Positions 8,057-16,805 of a DNA stretch of 64,000 nt are shown here, piece by piece. Location of the stretch: assembly GCA_963802145.1 (NCBI GenBank), contig CAWDHN010000005.1, positions 188,023 to 252,022 on the forward strand, in the 5' to 3' direction. Each line of letters opens with the position of its first letter. Within the stretch, counting starts at the first letter, position 1. The notes below the pieces were generated by a model that was not told the origin of the DNA, ran no database searches, and was given only the letters and a program-made list of their open reading frames with translations. The translations under genes were made by a program, and so were the position numbers. Source of the stretch: an uncultured Rikenellaceae bacterium (lineage in GTDB: Bacteria > Bacteroidota > Bacteroidia > Bacteroidales > VadinHA17).

Positions 8057-8878
8057 ATGAAAACCAAATATTTGTTTCTGTTTCTTGCCTCACTTGTAGT
8101 CGTTTTAAACGGTTGCGTTGAAGATGAGGTATTTGTAGGTCCTCCCACAATTTCAAATATGAGTATAGCACCGCAGGCACCTTCTACAACTGATGAGGTT
8201 ACGGTCTCAGTAAAGGTCACTGACCTGAAAGGCGTCTCCGAAGTCAAACTCTTGTATAAAGTCGGCGACGGCGCATATGTAAGTGTCACCATGACTGCCG
8301 GATCCAACTATACTTATACAGGTAAAATACCTCCCCAGGCACCTTCGTCAGTAGTGCAGTATTATGTCTCGGCCACCAATGTTTCAGATTTAACAGGAAC
8401 TCTTCCCGAGACTGCGCCAGCTGCGACAGCAGCATTTACTGTCGGAGCGCCGTCAATAGTCATAAATGAGGCCTATTCACGAGGGGCAGATCTGGAACTT
8501 GACTGGATTGAAGTATACAACAACTCTGACATTGCGGTAAATATCGGCGGCTATAAAATATATGACAATGGCGGTCAGGCCGGCACCAAACCCAAAATGG
8601 AATTTCCCGCAGGCACAACACTTCCTGCAAGAGGATTTTATGCCATAGTGGTCGATGATGCAGCTACGGCATTACCGACAGGATCAAACTTCGGTCTTGG
8701 CTCAGGCGGCGATGAGGTCTGGCTTGAGAGCCCGCAGGGTTTCGTCATTGACAATATGGTCATCCCGGCACTGGCTGCGGGCCAGTCATTCGGCAGCAAA
8801 CCTGACGGATCAGCAACCAGGTTCATCCTGCTTGAGAGAACAAAGGCAGCCTCGAACAACAATTCACCTACCCTGTAG
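8057..8878 (+). CDS. Lipoprotein with an Ig-like N-terminal domain and a lamin-tail domain
   Basis: Lipobox LNG-C20 followed by acidic VEDE. Lamin-tail motifs IVINEAY, DWIEVYNNS...VNIGGYKIYD and FGLGSGGDEVWL. Confidence 0.8.
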   Translation: MKTKYLFLFLASLVVVLNGCVEDEVFVGPPTISNMSIAPQAPSTTDEVTVSVKVTDLKGVSEVKLLYKVGDGAYVSVTMTAGSNYTYTGKIPPQAPSSVVQYYVSATNVSDLTGTLPETAPAATAAFTVGAPSIVINEAYSRGADLELDWIEVYNNSDIAVNIGGYKIYDNGGQAGTKPKMEFPAGTTLPARGFYAIVVDDAATALPTGSNFGLGSGGDEVWLESPQGFVIDNMVIPALAAGQSFGSKPDGSATRFILLERTKAASNNNSPTL

Positions 8879-8893
8879 GTAACCATGGTATTG

Positions 8894-8927
8894 GGTAATC
8901 AACGGCAGAACGCCGTTGATTACCTTT
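8894..8927 (+). terminator. Strong stem-loop between the outer-membrane genes and the CYTH genes (terminator or mRNA stabiliser)
   Basis: GGTAATCAACGGC-agaac-GCCGTTGATTACC is a perfect 13-bp stem with only a short T tail. Confidence 0.6.
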
Positions 8928-9008
8928 ATCCTAAGCATGATTTCAAGGGTGATTGCCTTGAGCAGTTAATTTTTTTATTCTGATAATTACATATTTAATA
9001 AAGGAAAA

Positions 9009-9650
9009 ATGTCAAAAGAAGAATTAAAAATCGGAGAGATTTCCAAACCGAGGTTTGAGTTCCGGTCATTCGGACAGGATTTTGAAAATGCTGCCAGAAG
9101 GATGGCCAGGTTTTCACTCCCCGTTCCCGAAAAGGTATGGGAGAGATACTCAGATGAGATTTACATACTCTCACGCACGAACGATGTCAACAACACCAAG
9201 ATACGTGACGGCAAGATGGACATTAAGACATACGTTCAGACTGTTGACGGTCTGGAACAGTGGAACCCGCTCATGAAGGGTGAGTTCCCTATTCAGGCCT
9301 CTGTTCTGAAGAACGAGGTTTTTCCTGCGTTTCAGGTAAAGATGCCGGAACTCACAAAAGATGTATATACATTTGAAGAGTTCATGGACATGGTAAAAAA
9401 CCATCCTGATCTGGCTGCGGTTAAGGTTCACAAGCAGAGATTCGGCTATATGGTCAATAATACAATATGTGAATTCGGGGCCGTGCTGATTAACGGTGCT
9501 AAGGTTTTCACCATAAATTCAGAGTCGACGGAAGTTGAGGACATTAAGAAAACCATAAAGGATATTGGTCTTGAGGGTGTTGAAAACATCAACTATCTTC
9601 AGGCAATCAAGAGAGTTATAGGAATGATTAACAAGCCTCTGGCTAATTAA
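9009..9650 (+). CDS. Hypothetical protein, probable divergent CYTH/triphosphate tunnel metalloenzyme fold
   Basis: RFEFR echoes the EXEXK motif. KIRDGKMDIK, VHKQRFGY and C-terminal NYLQAI parallel CYTH elements. The gene is adjacent to a canonical CYTH gene. Confidence 0.55.
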   Translation: MSKEELKIGEISKPRFEFRSFGQDFENAARRMARFSLPVPEKVWERYSDEIYILSRTNDVNNTKIRDGKMDIKTYVQTVDGLEQWNPLMKGEFPIQASVLKNEVFPAFQVKMPELTKDVYTFEEFMDMVKNHPDLAAVKVHKQRFGYMVNNTICEFGAVLINGAKVFTINSESTEVEDIKKTIKDIGLEGVENINYLQAIKRVIGMINKPLAN

Positions 9651-9660
9651 ATCGTAAGAT

Positions 9661-10128
9661 ATGGCACAGGAAATTGAAAGAAAATTCCTCGTTAAGGGGG
9701 AATTCAAGCAGCAATCGATAAAAGCGACCAGGATTACCCAGGGTTATCTCAGCTCAGTACCGGAGCGCACGGTAAGGGTAAGGATCAAGGGTGACAAGGG
9801 GTTCATCACAATTAAAGGGATAGGCAGCGCCTCAGGAGCATCACGTTATGAATGGGAGAAAGAGATCCCCTTAAGTGAGGTTGAACAGCTTCTGGCAATA
9901 TGTGAGCCGGGCGTCATTGACAAAACACGTTATCTTGTAAAGTCAGGCGATCACACATTTGAGGTTGATGAGTTCTATGGAGAAAACGAAGGCCTCGTCG
10001 TGGCTGAAATAGAGCTCGCATCTGAGGGCGAAGCCTTCATAAAGCCTGAGTGGCTTGGAGTTGAAGTTACAGGAGACGCCAGGTATTACAACTCAATGCT
10101 GATGAAGAATCCCTTTAAAAGCTGGTAA
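9661..10128 (+). CDS. CYTH-domain protein (short triphosphate tunnel metalloenzyme, inorganic triphosphatase-like)
   Basis: MAQEIERKFLV (EXEXK), ITQGYL, VRVRI, EWEKEI, KTRY, FEVDEF and AEIEL. Confidence 0.92.
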   Translation: MAQEIERKFLVKGEFKQQSIKATRITQGYLSSVPERTVRVRIKGDKGFITIKGIGSASGASRYEWEKEIPLSEVEQLLAICEPGVIDKTRYLVKSGDHTFEVDEFYGENEGLVVAEIELASEGEAFIKPEWLGVEVTGDARYYNSMLMKNPFKSW

Positions 10129-10141
10129 GGAAACCTGGATC

Positions 10142-11767
10142 ATGAATACGTCCGCAGATAACAACACTCAGCGCCGGGAGGGTTTTGACCCGCTCGACAT
10201 GAATAATTACAGAATTGAGAAACTGCCCAAGAGGGCAAAAGGACCTGTTGAAAGATGGCTTGCCATCCTGGGCATACCAATGGCAATCATCAGTTTTGTC
10301 CTTATTGCTTTCATTGTCAATATCCCCTTCCTGAGTGACATAGATCCTGAGAAACTGGTGTCAACAGCCGCTAAAAAAGCGTATGATTCTCTGGGCGCTG
10401 AGGGTTTTATGCGGACGAATATCATGATGCTTGCAATTTTTGCTGCTGCCCTGATTCTCTGGATCACCGAGGCGCTACCCAATTATCTCACATCCCTGAT
10501 TATAATTATAAGCCTGGTCCTGAGCGGGGTGTTGCCTGAGAAAGAGGCTTATGCACAGCTGGGCCATCCGGTGATGTGGCTGAATATCATGTCGTTTGTG
10601 CTGGCCAGCATGCTCGTGGCAACAGGAGTGGCAAAGAGGTTTGCATTGTGGTTCATCATAAAGTTCGGTAAGAACGCAGGTTCGATATTTGTAAGTTTCA
10701 TAATTATCAACCTCATTCTTTCGGCATTCATTTCAGCAACCACGGCAAAGGCAGCAATTCTGTTGCCGGTATTCATGGTCATCGCCTCCATTTACGGGGC
10801 TCATACGGGAAACAAAAACAATTTCGGACGCAGTATCGTGCTGCAGAACCTCCTTAACATCAATCTCGGCGCAGGCGCATTTGTAACAGGCTCCGGAGCC
10901 AATCTGCTTGCAGCTGCCCTTATTGGAGGTGCTATCGGAGGCAAAGTGTTTTTCGGCGACTGGATGATGGCAATGTTCCCGATAATGCTCGGACTGATGT
11001 TTGTTGGCTATTTCATAGCTATGAAAATCTACTTTCCCCTTGCTCCCGAGGAGAGACTTCCTCAGATCGAAGGGGGGATGGATAGATTGCGGCAGGAGTA
11101 TCAAAAACTGGGAAAGATTGACAAGCAGGAGGTTAAGGCAATCATTCTCTTTCTGTTCATTCTGGGTTTCTGGGCCACAGACCGCATCCACGGGATCAGC
11201 GCAACCTCAGTTGCCTTCGTGGGTGCCATTATCGCCCTGCTGCCCCGGGTTGGTATCGTGAAGTGGAATGATGTCGATATCCCCTGGCACCTGATGCTCT
11301 TCTCCGCAGGGGCCTATACCCTGGGTTCCGGACTTGACTTTACCGATCTGCCCTCCCTCAGCGTCAATGCCATTTTTGACCATCTGGGGATCGGAAACAG
11401 TACACCCTTCTGGCTGCTTTACATCCTCCTGACCGGTGTCATGGTATTCAGCGCTCTTCTGTTCCAGTCAAAGACAATGAGGGCAATGGTATTTATCCCC
11501 ATTGCAATAGGTGTTGCCAACAGGTTCGGATTCAGCATCATAAGCCTTGCACTTCCGGTCGCATTCATGATTGAGCATGTCTATGTGCTTCCCTTTAACA
11601 GCAAACCTGCAGCCCTGCTTTATGAAACTGACCAGTACAGTCTTTCAGATGCATTCAAATTCGGGATAACGATGATGGTCATTTCCTGGCTGATAATAAT
11701 TATTGCGGGCGAAACCTGGTTCAGGGTTCTGGGAATAACACCCAATGGGGTTTTTGGAATATTCTGA
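10142..11767 (+). CDS. DASS/SLC13-family anion permease
   Basis: Polytopic membrane protein with SAFISATTAKAAILLP, TGSGANLLA, W.DVDIPW and LPFNSKPAALLY motifs of the divalent anion:sodium symporter family. Confidence 0.85.
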   Translation: MNTSADNNTQRREGFDPLDMNNYRIEKLPKRAKGPVERWLAILGIPMAIISFVLIAFIVNIPFLSDIDPEKLVSTAAKKAYDSLGAEGFMRTNIMMLAIFAAALILWITEALPNYLTSLIIIISLVLSGVLPEKEAYAQLGHPVMWLNIMSFVLASMLVATGVAKRFALWFIIKFGKNAGSIFVSFIIINLILSAFISATTAKAAILLPVFMVIASIYGAHTGNKNNFGRSIVLQNLLNINLGAGAFVTGSGANLLAAALIGGAIGGKVFFGDWMMAMFPIMLGLMFVGYFIAMKIYFPLAPEERLPQIEGGMDRLRQEYQKLGKIDKQEVKAIILFLFILGFWATDRIHGISATSVAFVGAIIALLPRVGIVKWNDVDIPWHLMLFSAGAYTLGSGLDFTDLPSLSVNAIFDHLGIGNSTPFWLLYILLTGVMVFSALLFQSKTMRAMVFIPIAIGVANRFGFSIISLALPVAFMIEHVYVLPFNSKPAALLYETDQYSLSDAFKFGITMMVISWLIIIIAGETWFRVLGITPNGVFGIF

Positions 11768-11777
11768 TTGAGAAAAG

Positions 11778-13241
11778 GTGATTGAAAAATCTGTCAAGAT
11801 ACATGACCAGTTTTCGCTGGAGCTTAAGTTCGGATATGCCACGCGGCGAAAGCAGAAGGTAAATATGTTTGAGGTGAATACCTGGATATTCATCCCTAAC
11901 AGCCTTGACATAAACAGACTGACCTATGACAAGAGTGACTTCTATAAAGACCTGAAGTCAAATATCCGGTTAATCACGCCGGCATTTCTTCTCAGGGACA
12001 TAGCCGATCCAAAGAAGCCACCCTTCGTACATCTGGAGAATTCATTTATGACTCTGGCGGGTAATCCTGTCAGGACAAACATCAGGGAATATGAACATCA
12101 GCTCAAGATGTTCCACTCCATACTGAAATCATCACTCCGGGAACACAGGGAACATATAATCAGGAACATCCTCACGGAGGACCGGGAATACCTTATTTCC
12201 TCCTATCTTCTTAATACCAGGAGTATTATGTCCAACTACAGGGGGTTGAGGCATATTATTTCAGTTCCCACTGTCAGCAAGGAGCAGTTCAATATCTTCC
12301 TTTTAGGGGATGAATTTATGAGCAATCTCATTGAACAGCACACCTTTATCCTGGCAGATGACCTGGATAAGGGATATCCGGATGTATATGCGGAGGCCGG
12401 AAGCAGCCTGCTTGAACTGATAAGGTCAGAGAATGACTACCGGCGAACAAAGGGATTTCCCGTACCCGGGGTTGGAAATCCGGACCAGAACATGGAGCTG
12501 ATTTACCGGCGCGGTGTGCTGAAGAAATTGTTTGAGAGTCAGCTTTTTCTCTCAACCCGTAAGAAAAAGGACGGACTCATTTTTGAACAGCTTATCTACA
12601 GTGCAGCTGCCGGACTGGCTATGATCTTCGCCACGGGCATTGCTTTCGCTTTCCAGAGGAAGTATGGTAATTTTACCACCCCCCTGTTTTTCGCGCTGGT
12701 GGTAAGCTATATGTTCAAGGACCGGTTGAAGGATCTTATGAGGTTCTACTTTGCCGGTAAGCTAAAAAAGGTCTTCTTCGACCACAAGACAAAGATCATG
12801 GTTCGGAATGATCAGCCAATAGGATGGTGCAAGGAGAGCTTCGACTTTGTCTCTGAAGAAAAGATTCCGGCAGAGATTAAAAGCAAGCGTAAAAATTCAG
12901 TCCTGATGGAGTCGGAGTGTGCGGAAGGCTGGGAGAAGGTGATACTCTACCGGAAACTGATGCGGCTCGACCGTCCTTCACTTGATAATGTCTTCACTGA
13001 CTTCACAATCACGGGGGTGAATGACATCATCAGGTTCAATGTGTCTAACTATATCCAGAACATGGATAATCCCGAGATACCGGTGAGGCATCTCACAGAA
13101 TCGGGTTATGATGTGATAAGCGGCCCTAAAGTCTACTTCCTTACTTTGATCATTAACATCAATCATGACGGTGAAGTCCATAACAATGCATACAGGGTCA
13201 CCTTTAACAGGTCCGGAATCCGGAAGGTAGAATCCCTCTGA
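11778..13241 (+). CDS. Hypothetical protein, 487 aa, with a two-helix membrane hairpin near aa 270-325
   Basis: Long clean ORF with a GTG start 10 nt after the DASS stop. The hydrophobic segments are IYSAAAGLAMIFATGIAFAF and FTTPLFFALVVSYMF. No family recognised. Confidence 0.75.
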   Translation: MIEKSVKIHDQFSLELKFGYATRRKQKVNMFEVNTWIFIPNSLDINRLTYDKSDFYKDLKSNIRLITPAFLLRDIADPKKPPFVHLENSFMTLAGNPVRTNIREYEHQLKMFHSILKSSLREHREHIIRNILTEDREYLISSYLLNTRSIMSNYRGLRHIISVPTVSKEQFNIFLLGDEFMSNLIEQHTFILADDLDKGYPDVYAEAGSSLLELIRSENDYRRTKGFPVPGVGNPDQNMELIYRRGVLKKLFESQLFLSTRKKKDGLIFEQLIYSAAAGLAMIFATGIAFAFQRKYGNFTTPLFFALVVSYMFKDRLKDLMRFYFAGKLKKVFFDHKTKIMVRNDQPIGWCKESFDFVSEEKIPAEIKSKRKNSVLMESECAEGWEKVILYRKLMRLDRPSLDNVFTDFTITGVNDIIRFNVSNYIQNMDNPEIPVRHLTESGYDVISGPKVYFLTLIININHDGEVHNNAYRVTFNRSGIRKVESL

Positions 13242-13293
13242 TGAACTTCCGTGAGCTTCAGTGTCCAGGGGTCTGTGCCATTCACATTAATGC

Positions 13294-13301
13294 TAACTTT
13301 G
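13294..13301 (+). promoter_or_regulatory. Bacteroidota -7 element (TAACTTTG) for the RluA gene
   Basis: TAnnTTTG match 19 nt upstream of the ATG. Confidence 0.55.
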
Positions 13302-13320
13302 CCCCTGAAACATCACGATC

Positions 13321-14190
13321 ATGAAAAGCGATACCTCCCACACTGTCTCCGAAGCAACCACACTCATGCCTTTCCTCCTCGGGTCGCTGAAGAACAAGAG
13401 CCGTGACAACATAAAGTCGCTGCTTCGCAACAAGCAGGTCCTTGTTAACGGAGATCCGGTGACACAGTTCAACCATGAGCTGAACCCGGGAGACCAGGTG
13501 GGCGTCCGTGGAGAAAGACAGGCTGACGGTATCGTGGCACGCAACATGCGCATCGTCTTCGAGGATGAACACATTATTGTCATCGACAAGAACGCCGGAC
13601 TCCTCTCAATGGCATCAGACAACGAGAAGTACCTGACGGCATACAATATCCTCAGCAACTACGTCAAACAGCAGAAACCGTCAAACAGGATCTTCATCGT
13701 ACACCGGTTGGACCGTGACACCTCCGGTCTGATGATGTTCGCCCGAAGCGAGAAGGTGCAGAGCCTGCTGCAGCGCGACTGGAAGCACAACGTCACAGCA
13801 CGGACATACATGGCCCTGGTGGAGGGCGAGGTAGCCGAGCCGGAGGGGGTGATCAAATCCTACATCTATGAGAGCAAGGCGCTGATAATGCATTCAACGC
13901 GTAATCCTGATAAGGGCGATCTGGCCATCACCCGCTTCAGGAAAGTGAAGGGCAACAAGGATTATTCACTGCTGGAGGTGATGCTTGAGACAGGGAAAAA
14001 GAACCAGATAAGATTGCACATGCAGGAGCTGGGACACAGCATAGCGGGGGATAAAAAATACGGGGCCACCTCGAGTCCCATCGGCAGGCTTGGGCTTCAT
14101 GCCAGCGTACTGGCATTCATCCATCCCGTCACCGGGAAGGAGATGCGCTTCGAATCGAAAGTCCCGGCCAAATTCCGGCGACTGGTCTGA
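13321..14190 (+). CDS. RluA/RluD-family pseudouridine synthase with an S4 domain
   Basis: Catalytic VHRLDRDTSGL, IDKNAGLLS, LETGKKNQIRLHM and GDKKYG. Confidence 0.93.
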   Translation: MKSDTSHTVSEATTLMPFLLGSLKNKSRDNIKSLLRNKQVLVNGDPVTQFNHELNPGDQVGVRGERQADGIVARNMRIVFEDEHIIVIDKNAGLLSMASDNEKYLTAYNILSNYVKQQKPSNRIFIVHRLDRDTSGLMMFARSEKVQSLLQRDWKHNVTARTYMALVEGEVAEPEGVIKSYIYESKALIMHSTRNPDKGDLAITRFRKVKGNKDYSLLEVMLETGKKNQIRLHMQELGHSIAGDKKYGATSSPIGRLGLHASVLAFIHPVTGKEMRFESKVPAKFRRLV

Positions 14191-14198
14191 CTTCCCCT

Positions 14199-14708
14199 CT
14201 AGAAAGGCCAGAAGTTATTGTCATACCACACCTGCTCCCTGAGGTCCTTGTCGATCCTCATCAGCCACTTGTGGTGCCCCCTCTCCCACTCGGCAAGCAT
14301 GCCGTAGAGCTCCTTTTCATGGGGATCAGCAGCCGACACCGCGCGTGACGTGTAGAGTTCAACGGCTTTCGCCTCAAAATCCATGGCGGCGCTGATGGCT
14401 GCGGCTTCAAATCCTGCAGCGCTGATCTGGCTCATCATCTCATCAGAGAGAACCTTCCTTGCCACCTCATCAGGAGCTATTCCGGCCTGCAATGTGACAT
14501 CCATGAAGAAACTGTGCTTCTGGTAATGCCTGTACTGGTCCGACAGAAAGCGGATGTGCTGCTCTTCCTCATCAGCGATCATTGTAAAAATCCTCTTTAC
14601 GGCGTCGCTCTGAGTCTGGGCTGCAATATTGGCATAAAAGGCCCTGCCTCGCTGCTCGAGCAGTATAGCCTCTTTCAGAATGTCAGTGGTGCTTTTGGTC
14701 TCCATCAT
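14199..14708 (-). CDS. Ferritin-like / rubrerythrin-family di-iron protein
   Basis: Two E...EXXH motifs: AILLE..GRAFY / EEEQH and AMDFE.KAVELY / WERGH. Confidence 0.85.
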   Translation of the reverse strand: MMETKSTTDILKEAILLEQRGRAFYANIAAQTQSDAVKRIFTMIADEEEQHIRFLSDQYRHYQKHSFFMDVTLQAGIAPDEVARKVLSDEMMSQISAAGFEAAAISAAMDFEAKAVELYTSRAVSAADPHEKELYGMLAEWERGHHKWLMRIDKDLREQVWYDNNFWPF

Positions 14709-14772
14709 TTTTCAGTTTATGCGGTATAATCTACGGTTTAACAACTCCATGAAGTTTTTGTTTTTACGGTGG

Positions 14773-14899
14773 TCTACAATACTTAATGGTCTACGACCAA
14801 ATTTAACTTTCAGGATCCTGATCTACAATACCTAATGGTCTACGACCAAATTTAACTTTCAGGATCCTGATCTACAATACCTAATGGTCTACGACCAAA
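14773..14899. repeat. Tandem array of a 49-bp unit (about 2.6 copies)
   Basis: TCTACAATAC(T/C)TAATGGTCTACGACCAAATTTAACTTTCAGGATCCTGA starts at 14773, 14822 and 14871. Confidence 0.92.
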
Positions 14900-14972
14900 A
14901 CTTTTTCTCATCTTCAATCTGGTTATTTCTCCGCCAGTTGACAGTTTGGCTCTACTGCCGACTGCCGACTGA

Positions 14973-16796
14973 TTAGAACGTCTGCATCGCATACAGCTTC
15001 CTGTAGATGCCATCAGGATTAGCTATCAGCTCCTCGTGGGTGCCGCACTCCTCTATGCGGCCGTCTTCAACCACCACTATCAGATCAGCATGCTGCACGG
15101 TGGAGAGCCGGTGGGCAATGACAACCGACGTGCGGTTCTCCATCAGCTTCAGCATGGCATCCTGCACCAGCCGCTCCGACTCGGTGTCGAGGGCGGAGGT
15201 GGCTTCGTCAAGAATAAGTATCGGCGGATTGGCCATGATGGCCCTGGCAATGCTTATCCTCTGCCTCTGTCCGCCGCTGAGCTTGTTTCCGCCTTCACCA
15301 ACGGTGTTCTGATAACCCTCAGCCGTCTCCATGATGAACTCATTGGCATTGGCAATCGTTGCCGCCCTTGTCACACTCTCCCCGTCTGCCTCCTCATTCA
15401 GGGCAAAAGAGATATTGTTATAGAAGGTATCATTGAACAGTATGGCCTGCTGACTCACTATCCCCATCAGGTGCCGAAGGTCCCTGATGCTGACGTCGCG
15501 CAGGTCATGCCCGTCAATGAACACCGCACCCTTCTCCGGATCGATGAAACGGGGGATGAGGTCAGCGAGTGTCGACTTGCCGCCACCGGAGCGGCCCACC
15601 ACGGCAACAGTCTGACCCTTTTTGATTGTGAGGGAGACATCCTTTAGCACCGGCTCATGTCCATAGGAGAACCAGACATTCCTGAACTCGATGCTCTCCC
15701 GGAATCCGGTCAGTCTCACTGCATCAGGCTTCTCCCTAATTGTCTCCTCGGCTTCGATGACCTGGTTGATACGGTCAATCGAGGCCATCCCTTTCTGAAT
15801 ATTGAACCAGGCACTGGAGATCGCCTTTGCGGGCTGGATGATCTGTGAAAAGACCACAACGAAGGCAATGAGCTTGTCGGGCGACATGTTGCCTGTACCC
15901 TTCAGGGCCAGCATACCCCCGTACCAGATCACTATCAGCAGCACTATTGTCGAGAGGAACTCGCTGACAGGATGAGCCAGGTAAGCCTTGCGTGCCACCC
16001 TCCGGAAGATCTTTGTGTACTTCTCATTTGCACTGTTGAACTGTGATGACATCTTCTCCTCCGCATTGAAGCCCTTGATGATACGCAGGCCGGTCAGAGT
16101 CTCCTCAAGCACTGAGAGCAGCCTGCCCAGAGCCTGCTGCCCCACAAAGGAGGCACTCTTGAGAGTGCGGCTGATGCGTGCAATGGCCCACCCGCTGAAC
16201 GGCAGCATCACAAGGGCGAAGAGGGTGAGCTGCGGACTGGTGACAACGAGATAGGTAACGAAGATAATTATAGTGAAGGGGTCGCGAAACATCATCGACA
16301 GGGATGACACCACCGATATCTCAATCTCCTGGACGTCATTTGACACCCTGGTCATAAGGTCGCCCTTGCGGGCCTCCGAGAAATACGAGAGAGGCAGCCT
16401 GAGTATCTTGTCATAGATCTTTTTCCTGACATCCCTGATAGTGCTGGCCCTCAGGCTTGCCATGCAGTTGTTGGCGAGGAAGACCAGCAGGTTCTTCATG
16501 AAACTGGTGATGGCGAAGATGATGACCACTATCAGGAGTGTTCTCATCTCACCGTTTTTAGCTATCTGTGAAGCGAAGAACCAGTTCGCCCACTCGCTGA
16601 CATACTTCATTGAAAGGGTAAACGACCCCGGATGGGCAACCTCTCCTATCCTGCTGAAGAGAATCTGCAGAAAGGGTACAATGAGGGTAAAGGTAAAGAG
16701 AGCAAAAAAGGCGCTCAGGATATTGAATGTCATATTCTGCGCCGCAAGCCATTTATATGGCCTGAGGTACTGCAGAAGGATCTTAATGCTCTTCAT
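14973..16796 (-). CDS. ABC exporter, fused permease/ATPase (MsbA-like)
   Basis: N-terminal TM domain, Walker A GRSGGGKST, signature LSGGQRQR, Walker B ILILDEATSALD and the IAHRLST H-loop. Confidence 0.92.
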   Translation of the reverse strand: MKSIKILLQYLRPYKWLAAQNMTFNILSAFFALFTFTLIVPFLQILFSRIGEVAHPGSFTLSMKYVSEWANWFFASQIAKNGEMRTLLIVVIIFAITSFMKNLLVFLANNCMASLRASTIRDVRKKIYDKILRLPLSYFSEARKGDLMTRVSNDVQEIEISVVSSLSMMFRDPFTIIIFVTYLVVTSPQLTLFALVMLPFSGWAIARISRTLKSASFVGQQALGRLLSVLEETLTGLRIIKGFNAEEKMSSQFNSANEKYTKIFRRVARKAYLAHPVSEFLSTIVLLIVIWYGGMLALKGTGNMSPDKLIAFVVVFSQIIQPAKAISSAWFNIQKGMASIDRINQVIEAEETIREKPDAVRLTGFRESIEFRNVWFSYGHEPVLKDVSLTIKKGQTVAVVGRSGGGKSTLADLIPRFIDPEKGAVFIDGHDLRDVSIRDLRHLMGIVSQQAILFNDTFYNNISFALNEEADGESVTRAATIANANEFIMETAEGYQNTVGEGGNKLSGGQRQRISIARAIMANPPILILDEATSALDTESERLVQDAMLKLMENRTSVVIAHRLSTVQHADLIVVVEDGRIEECGTHEELIANPDGIYRKLYAMQTF

Positions 16797-16805
16797 GCTT
16801 TCTGA

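Noticed and set aside
1645-13241. Active integrative element or prophage at tRNA-Ser
   Set aside because: No integrase, transposase, phage or conjugation genes are present, and there is no long duplicated tRNA 3' end. It is kept only as a weak island hypothesis.
14773-14899. CRISPR interpretation of the 49-bp and 42-bp arrays
   Set aside because: The segments between conserved cores are identical or near-identical rather than unique spacers, there are only 3-5 units, and no cas genes are present in the window.
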